Part shown: piece after piece, positions 1-10,899 of the stretch
Position numbering within the stretch: the first letter of the stretch is position 1
Layout of the letters: each line of letters opens with the position of its first letter
NCBI GenBank assembly: GCA_040437565.1
Contig: JBDOQK010000037.1
Location: forward strand, 186,001 to 250,000
Direction: 5' to 3'
DNA length: 64,000 nucleotides
Source of the DNA: Albugo candida
Taxonomy: Eukaryota
Notes under the pieces: model-generated
Told to the model about the DNA's origin: nothing
Databases searched by the model: none
The model's input: only the letters and a program-made list of their open reading frames with translations
Program-made: the position numbers and the translations under genes

Positions 1-442
1 CTGACCGAACAGCTGAACTGACTGTGCACATAGCCTTGTACTTACAAAACGAAGAAAGTTTGACGAATTCGAATTTGCTTACGCATATTTGTATTGAGCG
101 CGTGGACTTTTTTCATTTTTAGCGGCGAGATCACATAATTAATGTGCTTCTCAGTGAACTATCAAATATGGCAAGATCCTCATTGTGACACCTGTAAGCT
201 GCTGACTGAGGTGCTTATAGAGCAATCGGAGACGTAAAAACATTGTGTAGGGGTACAAGCGCATCCGAGTGTGTGCAGCTTTTCACTTGGTAGCAGCAAT
301 AGAACTTTATCGAATAAATCATGCCACTTCTTCGCTTTGGAGCAAATTAAGACGTTCAATATTAAGTTTCATTCTGATAGCTAAGGAGTATTTTCGATCG
401 ACTGACACGATCTTCAGGTATACGTTCGGTTGATACGAATAC

Positions 443-1162
443 TTAGTCAAGGTCCATTGGTTCCTCGTCATCTATTATTTCTTCAAATCGACAAAAAGTA
501 TCGTCTTCTGTGCTACTAGACACACCAACACTGATAATATCGTCATCTTCGATCATTTCTACTCGAGGAGTCGGCACAGTGTCCGATAGCTTTTTCAAAT
601 CTGAGCAGCCAACTAGATGTCTTGACTGAACTATTGGTATCAGAGCACAGGCGGAATTTTCCTGCTGAGGGAATCCAAAGCGCTCGACTTTTTTCTGGAA
701 CGAATATCTTCCGTTCTCATAATCCCATACAACTGGTGTGCACGACTCAAAGTTTCTGGAAGTGGTTGAATTACCCATTCTCATCGGAACTAGCGCATAC
801 GCATCATTTCTAGCCGATGAAGGATTCATACTTTTACTTTCCGTCATGTCTTCTCCTCTGTTCTCTTGTATCTCATCATTCTGAACATCCAGCATTTCGT
901 CGGGCACTTGATTGCTTAAATTCGAGTATTCTGATTGCTTTGGAGGTGACGATACTCGCATTCGTTTGATAAATTGCATAGCTTTTATTTCATGATTGTC
1001 ATCTGTTGTGGTACACTTTCGAATATCATCTTGCTCATTTTGATGCCGTTTGCGAGACCGCGCACGGGCAAAGTTGCTTTGTCTTAATGCGTTCCTCTGT
1101 CGCTCAAAGTCGCAGTTCGAAAAGCTGCCGAGGCCGTATGTGCATGCGGTCGTGTGAATCAT
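443..1162 (-). CDS. Hypothetical protein (239 aa, basic patch, acidic C-terminus)
   Basis: Long ATG-initiated ORF; no recognised domain. Confidence 0.5.
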   Translation of the reverse strand: MIHTTACTYGLGSFSNCDFERQRNALRQSNFARARSRKRHQNEQDDIRKCTTTDDNHEIKAMQFIKRMRVSSPPKQSEYSNLSNQVPDEMLDVQNDEIQENRGEDMTESKSMNPSSARNDAYALVPMRMGNSTTSRNFESCTPVVWDYENGRYSFQKKVERFGFPQQENSACALIPIVQSRHLVGCSDLKKLSDTVPTPRVEMIEDDDIISVGVSSSTEDDTFCRFEEIIDDEEPMDLD

Positions 1163-1643
1163 GGTAAGCTTGACAGTTTGCGCGCAAAATTGGTTGAAGT
1201 GACTTCTTCCTATCCGCGGGGCGATACAAAATGGTCAGTTGTTTTACCACTGCCTATCAGTCAAGTATTCGCACGTCATCGCTCCTGCTAGAATACTCTA
1301 GAAAGCCCAATATATCGTTTCTTTTCCTGAGGTTATCAAATCATAGCGTTTATCAAACGTTGAGGGAAGTTGATGTGTCCGACATGAATAATAAATCCTG
1401 ATAGTAACTTATTCCGACTGGCTAGTGACCTATTATACTTATTGATCTATTCGCAGCATCCCTTGCGCGATATTGCTCCTTCAGAAGAACGAAAGCATTT
1501 TAGAAAATGGCTTTTATCCCATACTGTAATCTTTACATGGAAGAGTGTATTGCATCTTGTTGATTGCAAAACACATTAAAATTCGTACTTTAGAATAAGT
1601 TTGGGTATAGTCGCACGTAAATCATAATCTACACTGATATATA

Positions 1644-2459
1644 ATGGGTGCAAGAGTATGCTGTGTGCATCGCGAGAACGATCCGTTTCTTCATTTCATC
1701 AGACCAAATCGAAATGATGCAACTACCAAGTGTTTGTGTAAGTATAAATTGGACGCAACAGATATAGCTAAACCGTCTATTTCACCATCTGACTCGTTGC
1801 GTCAGGCAAATGGGGTCAGTTCCGATGCTTCCTTGAGATTGAATGCGTCTTCGGAAACACCGGTTCAAGACAGTGCGCTACCGCCACTCTTGTATGCTTA
1901 CTCACTGAATCATGATATGAGTCCGCGTGACCGCCTTCGTTTATTGGGAGTAAGAAACTCAATTTTGAATGGACTCGCAGACTTAGAATCGGGCCAATAC
2001 CCATCCTCTCTAAGGAACGACGAAAGGAAGAAAAATTCAACTCAAAATATCAAGAATGAGAATGTAATGTCCGATCACGATATAAATACACCACCGATTT
2101 TGTATGGAGAGAGCGCCATGCTTACAAAGTCAGAGGTAGAACAGAATACGCCATGTACACAAGAGTTCTCTTTCGTACTGGATCCGATAGTCCAAATAAA
2201 AGTCCCACCTGGAGATTGTGGAATTGTGTTCAATACGTCCGGGAATGCTGCACATTTGCTGGGGCCGCCCAAAGTCATTGGATTCAAGAGCATGCCAGAT
2301 GGTTCCAAAGGAGTTATCGAACGGTCTGGTTTGGTTCATTTAGGAGCACATCTCATATCCGTTGATAATAGAGACCTATCCGTTCTCACTGTGGCCGAAG
2401 CAGGCCAAGTCATTCAGCGATCAGCGCATGCATTACGAAAATTTGTATTTACACCATAA
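1644..2459 (+). CDS. PDZ-domain protein with possible N-myristoylation/palmitoylation motif
   Basis: C-terminal IKVPPGDCGIVF...GVIERSGLVHLGAHLISVDNRDL fits a PDZ fold; N-terminus is MGARVCC. Confidence 0.6.
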   Translation: MGARVCCVHRENDPFLHFIRPNRNDATTKCLCKYKLDATDIAKPSISPSDSLRQANGVSSDASLRLNASSETPVQDSALPPLLYAYSLNHDMSPRDRLRLLGVRNSILNGLADLESGQYPSSLRNDERKKNSTQNIKNENVMSDHDINTPPILYGESAMLTKSEVEQNTPCTQEFSFVLDPIVQIKVPPGDCGIVFNTSGNAAHLLGPPKVIGFKSMPDGSKGVIERSGLVHLGAHLISVDNRDLSVLTVAEAGQVIQRSAHALRKFVFTP

Positions 2460-2589
2460 CGGGCGAAACGTCCCTTATCAACGAAATTGTACCAATAAAA
2501 TAAGTTTTTTACATAAATGTATGCTAGATCCGATTGGTTTTATATCATCCAATGAAATGCCTGAAGTTGAGTGGCCACGAAGCCTCAAA

Positions 2590-2605
2590 GCTCACTCAAA
2601 ATTTC
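2590..2605 (+). promoter_or_regulatory. Oomycete INR/FPR-like core promoter of RPS2
   Basis: GCTCACTCAAAATTTC ends 25 nt upstream of the ATG and resembles GCTCATTYBNNNWTTY; CCAAT/ATTGG boxes lie at about 2492, 2533 and 2549. Confidence 0.55.
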
Positions 2606-2630
2606 ATAACTCGGAGCAAAGGATCAAGAA

Positions 2631-3386
2631 ATGGCTGAACGTGGCGGATTCGGACGTGGTAGAGGTACTCGTGGTGGACGTGGTCGAGGTCGTGGTCCTC
2701 GTCGGACGGAAACGAAAGAATGGATTCCTGTCACCAAACTTGGACGGCTGGTCAAGGAAGGCAAGATCAATTCCTTGGAAGAAATCTATCTATATTCACT
2801 TCCGATCAAGGAGTGCGAAATTGTAAACCACTTTCTGGAAGGATCTCTCAAAGATGAAGTGATGAAAATTGTACCTGTGCAAAAGCAAACTACCGCTGGT
2901 CAGCGAACTCGTTTCAAAGCCTTTGTAGCTGTTGGTGATTCCAATGGACATATTGGTCTCGGAGTCAAATGCGCAAAAGAAGTGGCAACTGCCATTCGAG
3001 GAGCTATCATACTGGCCAAGATCTCACTCGTACCGGTACGTCGTGGTTACTGGGGACGAATGGTCGGGATTCCGCACACTGTGCCCAATAAAGTAACAGG
3101 AAAATGCGGGTCCGTTCGAGTCCGCTTGATTCCAGCTCCACGTGGTACTGGACTTTGTGCAGCCCCTGCACCAAAGAAATTGCTCGGAATGGCAGGAATT
3201 GAGGATTGTTACACCTCGGCCCGTGGGCACACTCGTACATTGGGTAACTTTGTCAAAGCCACATTTTACGCTCTACAGGGCACTTACGAGTACCTGACTC
3301 CTGATTTGTGGAAATTACATGCACTTACACCATCGCCATATGAAGAGCACAGCGACTTCTTGGCCAAGACCGCAATCAAAAACTAA
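2631..3386 (+). CDS. RPS2: 40S ribosomal protein S2 (uS5)
   Basis: RGG-rich N-terminus, [40 protein letters not shown]. Confidence 0.98.
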   Translation: MAERGGFGRGRGTRGGRGRGRGPRRTETKEWIPVTKLGRLVKEGKINSLEEIYLYSLPIKECEIVNHFLEGSLKDEVMKIVPVQKQTTAGQRTRFKAFVAVGDSNGHIGLGVKCAKEVATAIRGAIILAKISLVPVRRGYWGRMVGIPHTVPNKVTGKCGSVRVRLIPAPRGTGLCAAPAPKKLLGMAGIEDCYTSARGHTRTLGNFVKATFYALQGTYEYLTPDLWKLHALTPSPYEEHSDFLAKTAIKN

Positions 3387-3523
3387 TTTGCCCATGGATC
3401 CTCGCCCCTTTGATTCGTTTTGATTTGTTTTCGTAAAGGAAAGCGCGTGCAGCGCTGCGGTGTGTAGATGTCGGCCTTTAAGAATTCTCGAATCTAAAAT
3501 GATGCAACCAAGTTATGTTTCCT

Positions 3524-4033
3524 CTATTGCTCTTTCTTCGTTAGATCTCCCGCTACATCCGTTTGCGTTTCTTGTAGTATTGATTTAGTTTGAGTATCCA
3601 ACACCGCGAGAATTGAAGCAAAATGGCGCAACTTGTCCTGCAACATGCAAGCAACATTTATTAGACGCATCTCGATAGATTTACGCTTCTGTGCTTCCTC
3701 CCCTGGGATTTGCTCTAGTCGATTTTGCAGGGACTTGAGTTCACTTCCTGCTACAAGAACGACCTCATACAGAAAGAGCTCATTGAGGAACGCACTAAAT
3801 CATATGTTGAGCACGAATGTTGTTAGAAGGGATGAAGGAAAGCTTACGTTCTGTCGTACAATTGAGAAAGATTACATTAGTCATCGAGAATAAAGTGGAG
3901 ATTAACGCACTTACCCGATTATTGGCTTGACCCGCTTCCTGCTATCGCGCCAGGACTTGTAGAGTATTCCAAACGACAGCGGAAGTACAAGGAGACAGGC
4001 ATGCAGCACACCAATCCAATATGGTGACATCAT
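3524..4033 (-). CDS. Small spliced hypothetical protein with N-terminal TM helix and coiled-coil
   Basis: Exon 1 MMSPYWIGVLHACLLVLPLSFGILYKSWRDSRKR ends at a gtaagt donor; last exon ELKSLQNRLEQ...LTKKEQ*; internal exon structure uncertain. Confidence 0.45.
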
Positions 4034-4722
4034 TGCGGAAACTGAAGTGAGGTGGTAACACAAAAAGGCCACTTTTTCAATTGATAAGCATGAACACTAT
4101 CTGTTTAGATGCCTACCCAAATAATTTCAAGAATTTGATTCTGCTGCGCTAAAAAGTCGCTTAATGATCTTCGATCCATTCAAATCACACGACCAGCGGT
4201 TGCTTTGATGGATATCTCGATTAAACTTGAATTATCCCCAGTTGTACGAAATTGCATGTTGTATCGGTGTTTTGGGAAGAAGTCAGATGCAGGGCCGAGT
4301 CCATTGGTGATGAGCACAAACAAATTTCTAATTTGACTTGTTGTCGTAATGAGGGCATACCGAAATGAGCAACTTTTTGTGGAGAAATGATCGCATTTTT
4401 TGTAAGGTATCATCAAGTACGTTTTCAAATTAGCGTTATTGCAGTATATACGATCAGACCGGCGTAAATCATAAAGTTGAACGGTTCGAACAAGCCACAT
4501 TCCGTTCGAGCTGTCTTGTTGGCGCTATTCAGACATTTCATTGGTGTGAAATGCAGACTCCGCGACTTCAATCCTGTTACTTCTGACTAGTGATACTTGC
4601 AATTGCTCCGCTGTGAATCCACGACTTTGACGATTCATCATGAAAGTGTCTCAAAACTCTTGATAGATCTTTCAATGTCTCTTGCAGGTACCGATTTTGC
4701 TATACAACTGCGGAACATGGGC

Positions 4723-5848
4723 TACAAATTCTTCTTCATACAACTGATACTGCTCTCCCACTGCAATTTTGGCGATATCAGGACCGTCGAAATTGTCGAG
4801 TCGATTCACATAATCCATCACCTTTTCGGGTTGCCGTTAAAATGAGCAAGTTTTGTAAGTTTCGGTTGTCGGAAAAGTCTGTTCCTTGCATCACAATTCG
4901 CTCCAGTAATTCCATCAATTCGTTTGGTAGTTCGGCATTCATAAACCCTCAAACCGTTGTTGACACTTCATCGGGATTTTTGGTCTCTGGGAGTGCTGTT
5001 TGTACGACTTGATCGATCAACGCACGCCGATTTGGCGATTCTTGAACATTCTCATCTTGTTTCATGAGCACTTTGCCTCATAAATCGAGATCTTGGCGTT
5101 CGACAAGATATCTTGCAAGATCTTTGAACAGACCATTATCAATTGTGACACGAATCAGAGCTTCATCGCATGCACCGCCAGCTCGACGATACGCCAGGAA
5201 AGCAAGTGCTGGGTCCAATTTCTCACAAAACTTGCCAACAACTTCAGAATCATAAAACTGATTGTTTATCATAAACTGTTGCGGCTCGCGATTCAACGTC
5301 ACATATATCTTCCCAACAGCACTGTGCGTTGCTGTTTCGGTATTGCCTTGGGATACACGCGTTTCGATCCAAGGTTGCAGCAGACGTAATCGATTGCGGG
5401 TTTCCACTTGTTCTACCAGTTCATCGACGGGACATTGTGGAATCTGGTTCAAAAGACTTTTGATGGAATCCTCGTTGCAGTTCAAGTCCAATAGTTTCCC
5501 CACGACTTTGGGTGTTTTTGAGGACTTGCTTTGGTCACATACACCTCAATGTACTTGAGCAGATTGTTGGAGTACAAATATTGCGTGAGTTCTTCGATGA
5601 AATCATTCCGATCGCAAACGTGAATGAGCGGTCGAGGATCTTGTAATTTGGACTCTTTCAAGAAATCTTTGACTTTGACGGGATCGTACGCCGAAGAATC
5701 ACGACAAACACGCTCCACTTCCTTGAATTGACCCATTTTCGTGGCTGCTTCAATGTACTTAAAGTGGACTTCGGGATCTTGGGAGAAGTTGACAATCGAT
5801 CCGAGAAAGTAGTACAATCCATCAAACGATTTGTATTTCTCGAATACT
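4723..5848 (-). pseudogene. CHC: Clathrin heavy chain pseudogene fragment (central region)
   Basis: [72 protein letters not shown]; frameshift at about 5515, TGA stops at about 5078 and 4949, and a deletion after LLILTA. Confidence 0.85.
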
Positions 5849-6099
5849 NNNNNNNNNNNNNNNNNNNNNNNNNNNNNNNNNNNNNNNNNNNNNNNNNNNN
5901 NNNNNNNNNNNNNNNNNNNNNNNNNNNNNNNNNNNNNNNNNNNNNNNNACAATGTGTTCATCCTATTTTGGTGTCAAGAAAAGGTACAAACCCATTGTGT
6001 GAGCTATTCCTACTCAAAGTATGATACGATTTCTGTAGAAACAAGCGACGCATGGTCCACGCGAGTTAACCGGTTTATCTTCGAAAAGTAGTTCGGAGC

Positions 6100-6460
6100 A
6101 TTCAAAATCAGAAAGTGAGACTGAAAACGTCGAATCAGATCTAAGAATGAAATCGAAGAAGCAGAAGCTGATCATGAAGAGGCTGTATCAGATTCTAATA
6201 TGAAGATGATCCGTCTGGCGTCCGGCAATCAGGACAAAGCGAAGAAGTGGGGGGATTTAAGAAAGAGAAACTCCGTCAACATGAATTACAAAAGCGACAT
6301 TACTACTATGCGATCGCAACATGCAATTCAATGAAAATAGCAAAAGTAATCGATCAATGCGATCAAATGGACTACGAGACATCTCCACATGTGCTGGATG
6401 TCCGATTCGTACCGATTGACATGCAATTCACCAACTCACCCAAAGAATGCTGTCAAATCA
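6100..6460 (+). pseudogene. ESF1: ESF1 (pre-rRNA processing) gene fragment
   Basis: EKLRQHELQKRHYYYAIATCNS...CDQMDYETSPHVLDVRFVP matches the conserved ESF1 core; no intact full-length ORF. Confidence 0.65.
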
Positions 6461-7404
6461 CGATGCGGATTGAGAGCGCTGTTCGAAGTATTGTACGGCA
6501 TTGCAGATAGCCAACTGAGAAATGTTGATGTGAAGCAAGATCACCACAAAATAAAGCTCCGATGTGTCTTGTTCCTGCTGTGGTCCGACAAGCTGCGAGT
6601 CACAGATGCTTGGAATCTCGTAAAACACAACTGAGGACCTTTGACATCGATCGGTACTGTAATTTTTTACACCATTGATATACCATGAACGTATTCGCTA
6701 GAAGAGTCATGTCAATCCTGCGTGAAAAGCCTTTTCTGAGTCTGAGGAGTTGATTGGTACGCACAGTCCCACAAAGTTCGAGAAATGGATATGTCGCATA
6801 TCGATCAATCTTGCAAACGAGTTACCGTTTCAATTTTGCTCAGCTTCTATGTCGATAGACTTTGAGCCCAAAGCACGCGTTTCAATGACCAAATGCTCTT
6901 AGAGAGAAACGTATGTGCTTTATCTATTCTAAGAAAACCTTCGACTGATTGATAACCTACCTTACAGTATGCTCCTGCTAAAATCCCGCGCATACTACAG
7001 TTGAAGGTGTCTATATTACTAGAATTAGACAAACTGACTTCTCTAGTTGCCTAGGCTATCTTAAATAACATATATACATTTAAAAAACGTTTCGTGAAAT
7101 ACCTGTGAGAGATGATAAAACGTCGTCTCGGTGATAATCTCGTATCNNNNNNNNNNNNNNNNNNNNNNNNNNNNNNNNNNNNNNNNNNNNNNNNNNNNNN
7201 NNNNNNNNNNNNNNNNNNNNNNNNNNNNNNNNNNNNNNNNNNNNNNTGTCGACTTGAACCATTGTTTTCGAGAGGAAGGAGTTGAAAAAAGTTGTTTTTT
7301 CGAGTTGTTTTTACTAAATTGGCGGGTTACTTAGTAGCCGGCAAATTGAGAAGTACGCGCATACTACATTATCTAGCTTTTGCGGGATAGCTTCGTTCGA
7401 AATA

Positions 7405-7694
7405 GGTGACTAGCTTCACCGCGCACAGGTGATTGGAGGATTGAATGTTGTCAGAACGGAAATTGCAGGTATTTTGCTCAACTTTAAAATCTTCAATTTC
7501 GTCGGATCGAAAAAGGAGTGGGTATGAATATCGATCCATCTATAAATAATCGAGGTTAATGGGTGACTAGCTTCACCGTGCACAGATGATTGGAGGATTG
7601 AATGTTGTTCAAACGGAAAGAGCAGGTATTTTGCTCAACTTTCAGAATTTTCAATTTCGTCGGATCGCAAAAGGAATGGGTATGAATATCGATC
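7405..7694. repeat. Two diverged tandem copies of a ~132-bp unit (period 157)
   Basis: 7405-7536 and 7562-7694 both run GGTGACTAGCTTCACC...GGTATGAATATCGATC with scattered substitutions. Confidence 0.9.
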
Positions 7695-7756
7695 TGCGTT
7701 TCATATCATATTTCATTTTCTAAATCAACTAGAAGAGCTCCGACAAGAACAATTCG

Positions 7757-8101
7757 ATGGCAACTCAGCGTGTGTGGTATACTGCGATTATGCATCTGAT
7801 CTTCCTGTTTTGGTTTGATTGTCTGTCCGTTGAGTGTCTAGATCGAATTACGGATTGGTGCCTTACATTCAATCCAGAAGTGAATTCTATTTATGCCACT
7901 AATTGCTATGAAGCATTACTACATATAGTAGATGGTCCTCAATTTGTAGGAAACTACGCAATTTTTCAACTTAGATTCACTACCCTAGACAATGAATTGC
8001 ATCCACGAATATTCGAATTGGCGAGAGCGTTAACGGTTCCGAATGGGATATGCGATAAGGCTACTATGGCACCAGGTCCTTGTGCAGGCATTGAAGGGTA
8101 G
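7757..8101 (+). CDS. Putative secreted Cys-containing protein (effector-like, possibly truncated)
   Basis: Hydrophobic N-terminus IMHLIFLFWFDCLSVEC; TCATTTTC INR-like motif at about 7713; several Cys. Confidence 0.35.
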   Translation: MATQRVWYTAIMHLIFLFWFDCLSVECLDRITDWCLTFNPEVNSIYATNCYEALLHIVDGPQFVGNYAIFQLRFTTLDNELHPRIFELARALTVPNGICDKATMAPGPCAGIEG

Positions 8102-8998
8102 AATAGAGTTGAGTCGAATGAGCTCTCCGCTGGCGATTGCAATTCTTCATGCATACATGTAACAGTAAATACTATCCTTTGTTACTTGCTAGACTTCCAA
8201 GCGAGCTAACACGACATGTGTCACACTCTGGTATCCTATTATGCTGAGAAAAGTTGTCTCGCTCAATATCCCTATTCAAGCTCCCGTAAAACGTCTTCTA
8301 CTTTCGCTGCGTAGCAAGACATGCTTGTCCATACCGATGCATCCACATATCCTTCATATGTTATATAGCACCTCTCTTCAGCGGTGTCTTAATGAGTCCC
8401 TGACCCAACGTTGTCGAAGTCGCCTCAAAGAGTATGTTCCTACAAATTAGGTACCCTTGACATGCATAACGTATAGCAGGGAATACACTTATGGCGGGTA
8501 CAGGAACATCACAATGGTACAAAATATATATATACGAAGTTTACAATCCTGTTCATGTGGAGACGCCGAAATCTGCATACATGTCTTACCTGTGATGCTC
8601 AAAGTCTTACGCGTGCCTCGAGAGCAGTACTCTGGCAAAAGTCCCTCGTTGATTCTAAGGTTGGTTCTACATACCTGCAATATTCTATTGTTGCAGGTTT
8701 TCTGCTTGTAGTTTTCATCTAGCACCAGGTCAATCTACACGAAAAGTCACACTACAATAAAAGAACGCTACTCAATCGTAAGATACAGTATGAGCTGTCT
8801 GACTATGAGTTACATTCGGATTGTCGTGAAATCGACTCTCCAGATGAAAATGGGAGAGCATTAACTGTCCTGATTCATGCAGCAGAATACTCTTTGGCTT
8901 GAGGCCTCATATTAAAATCCGAGCAAATGTAAATACTCCTACGCGACAAACACTTCAGCCGCAAAAAGACTCTCCTCTAAACGATGATTCCCCTGATG

Positions 8999-9484
8999 AC
9001 GAAGTAGTTGGAGAAAGCGGCGTCCAGCACAGTACTACGCACCCAGCTTGTATCAGAAATTGATTATATTTCTTTATTTTTGATTTTCTATGCGCATACT
9101 ATACCGCCTACAAACCCCGCAATCAATGCGCTACATACAGCAACAGGCAAATGCTTTTGCATCCGTTTACCAAGAAATCCGTTCATTTCACNNNNNNNNN
9201 NNNNNNNNNNNNNNNNNNNNNNNNNNNNNNNNNNNNNNNNNNNNNNNNNNNNNNNNNNNNNNNNNNNNNNNNNNNNNNNNNNNNNNNNNNNACGAAGTAG
9301 TTGGAGAAAGCGGCGTCCAGCACAGTACTACGCACCCAGCTTGTATCAGAAATTGATTATATTTCTTTATTTTTGATTTTCTATGCGCATACTATACCGC
9401 CTACAAACCCCGCAATCAATGCGCTACATACAGCAACAGGCAAATGCTTTTGCATCCGTTTACCAAGAAATCCGTTCATTTCAC
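8999..9484. repeat. Identical 193-bp duplicate flanking an N gap (probable assembly overlap)
   Basis: 8999-9191 = 9292-9484. Confidence 0.9.
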
Positions 9485-9615
9485 TGATTCGTGAAACGTT
9501 ATCACAAAAAACGAAATAGCTATTTACAGAAATGAGCAGCACCATGATGTATTCTCGAAAATGCAACTATTTCTCAGTCTACTTGCTGTCTGAGCTTGAT
9601 AGATTACACGACAGC

Positions 9616-10552
9616 CTAGTACTTATAGTTGGCGCCATACGGGTTGCTCTTTCCCATTCCATTGCTCATAGAGGCTCCCATATTCATTCCCACTGCCGGT
9701 TGCATTCCCATCGCCATATTCGGGTGCATGGCGTATCCGCCGTATGGAGTGCTTGGATCATTATATGCAGTCGCCGCAATGGCCATCATCTGAGGCATCG
9801 CTCCGGTCAATCCGTACGCAGTGTCCATATCTGGATTCACATCCACGCTCTGTTCCTGTTGTACGCTGGTTCATTCATCCAAAGCATTTACTTTATCATT
9901 GAGATTCTTCACAAATTGGATCATGTACGGCATCACGAAATCAGTGTATCCATTACGCCACGCTAACTCCATCATCACAACATCCGGCTTGATCAAAGCG
10001 TAACACGTGAAAAGCGTCCCATAGAAACATTCGCGATCATGCACAGATACGAAAAACCGGAGAATGTCTTCAGCAAGTTCGGGGTCTTCTGAATCAGCGG
10101 CTGTGTCGATGCAATCTTTATACATTTTTTCGGCTTTCGACAGCTTCACTGCGTTTCGAGCGTTTGTTCTTTCGGTACAAATACGAGAAATACGACAAAA
10201 TTCCAAAAGACCGTGTTTTTCCAATTTTTAAGCTTAAGCAATATGGTCAAAGTTGTCGTACACATTGATGGAATCGCGGATTCCTTGGTAGTCTTCTTCG
10301 TCGACAAGCACTTTATTGAGCGCCTCATTCAGAGCCGAAAGGTTTTCCTTTTGCACATCTTTCAAATACTCGACAACGAGAGGTAGATTCTTGGATTTTC
10401 GTAGCTGGTGAACGACTCGAGCATGATCAAGATTAGGCGTCAATACTTGCAGTAATCGAGTCAGCTCCAAAGGATGTTGTTCCAAATAGAATTGAACTGC
10501 TTTGTAGTGGATTTGTTGATTGCGAACTTTCTGAATGCAGTCGAGCAATCCA
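9616..10552 (-). pseudogene. CHC: Clathrin heavy chain pseudogene fragment (C-terminal region)
   Basis: YKAVQFYLEQHP, LDHARVV, ALNEALN...EEDY...YDNFD, KLEKHGLLEF, ELAWRNGYTDFVMPY; in-frame stops (IA*A*K, DE*T). Confidence 0.85.
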
Positions 10553-10899
10553 CGCAGGAAAGTAAGGATATGGAGAACCCACGAGTGGCCATCATAAACG
10601 ACAGCAGTAAGCAAGGTGAGGCATGTCACTTTTTCAAAATGACATAAATTCCCGGGACCCGGGCAATGTGCCATTATCCTTTCCCCATATGATCCTCTGC
10701 TCTGCAGAAATACTTTTGTCGTATGACAGAAAAATATATAGTTACTGTATGCGAATAAGTGCTTAAGCGTGCTCCAACCATTCCTACGTGATGAAAGATT
10801 TATCAAATCGCAACTGTAGGATGAGATAATCGCTATTTCATTGGCACGGCGCATTCATTTTGCTACCATACGTTTATTACTTGCTGTAGGGACTTCCGG

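Noticed and set aside
1..430. Possible ncRNA or terminal exon at the window start
   Set aside because: Intron-like signals are present but no identifiable RNA family or protein
4180..4500. 106-aa ORF downstream of the clathrin fragment
   Set aside because: No recognisable family; in-frame stop upstream; probably decayed sequence
7405..7694. CRISPR-like array or tRNA pair
   Set aside because: Only two long units, eukaryotic context, no cas genes, no cloverleaf
9381..9566. Short signal-peptide-like ORF on the minus strand
   Set aside because: Starts at TTG, 61 codons, lies in decayed and duplicated sequence
4723..10552. Stop-codon readthrough or alternative genetic code in clathrin
   Set aside because: Both TGA and TAA stops plus frameshifts and deletions; neighbouring genes use the standard code
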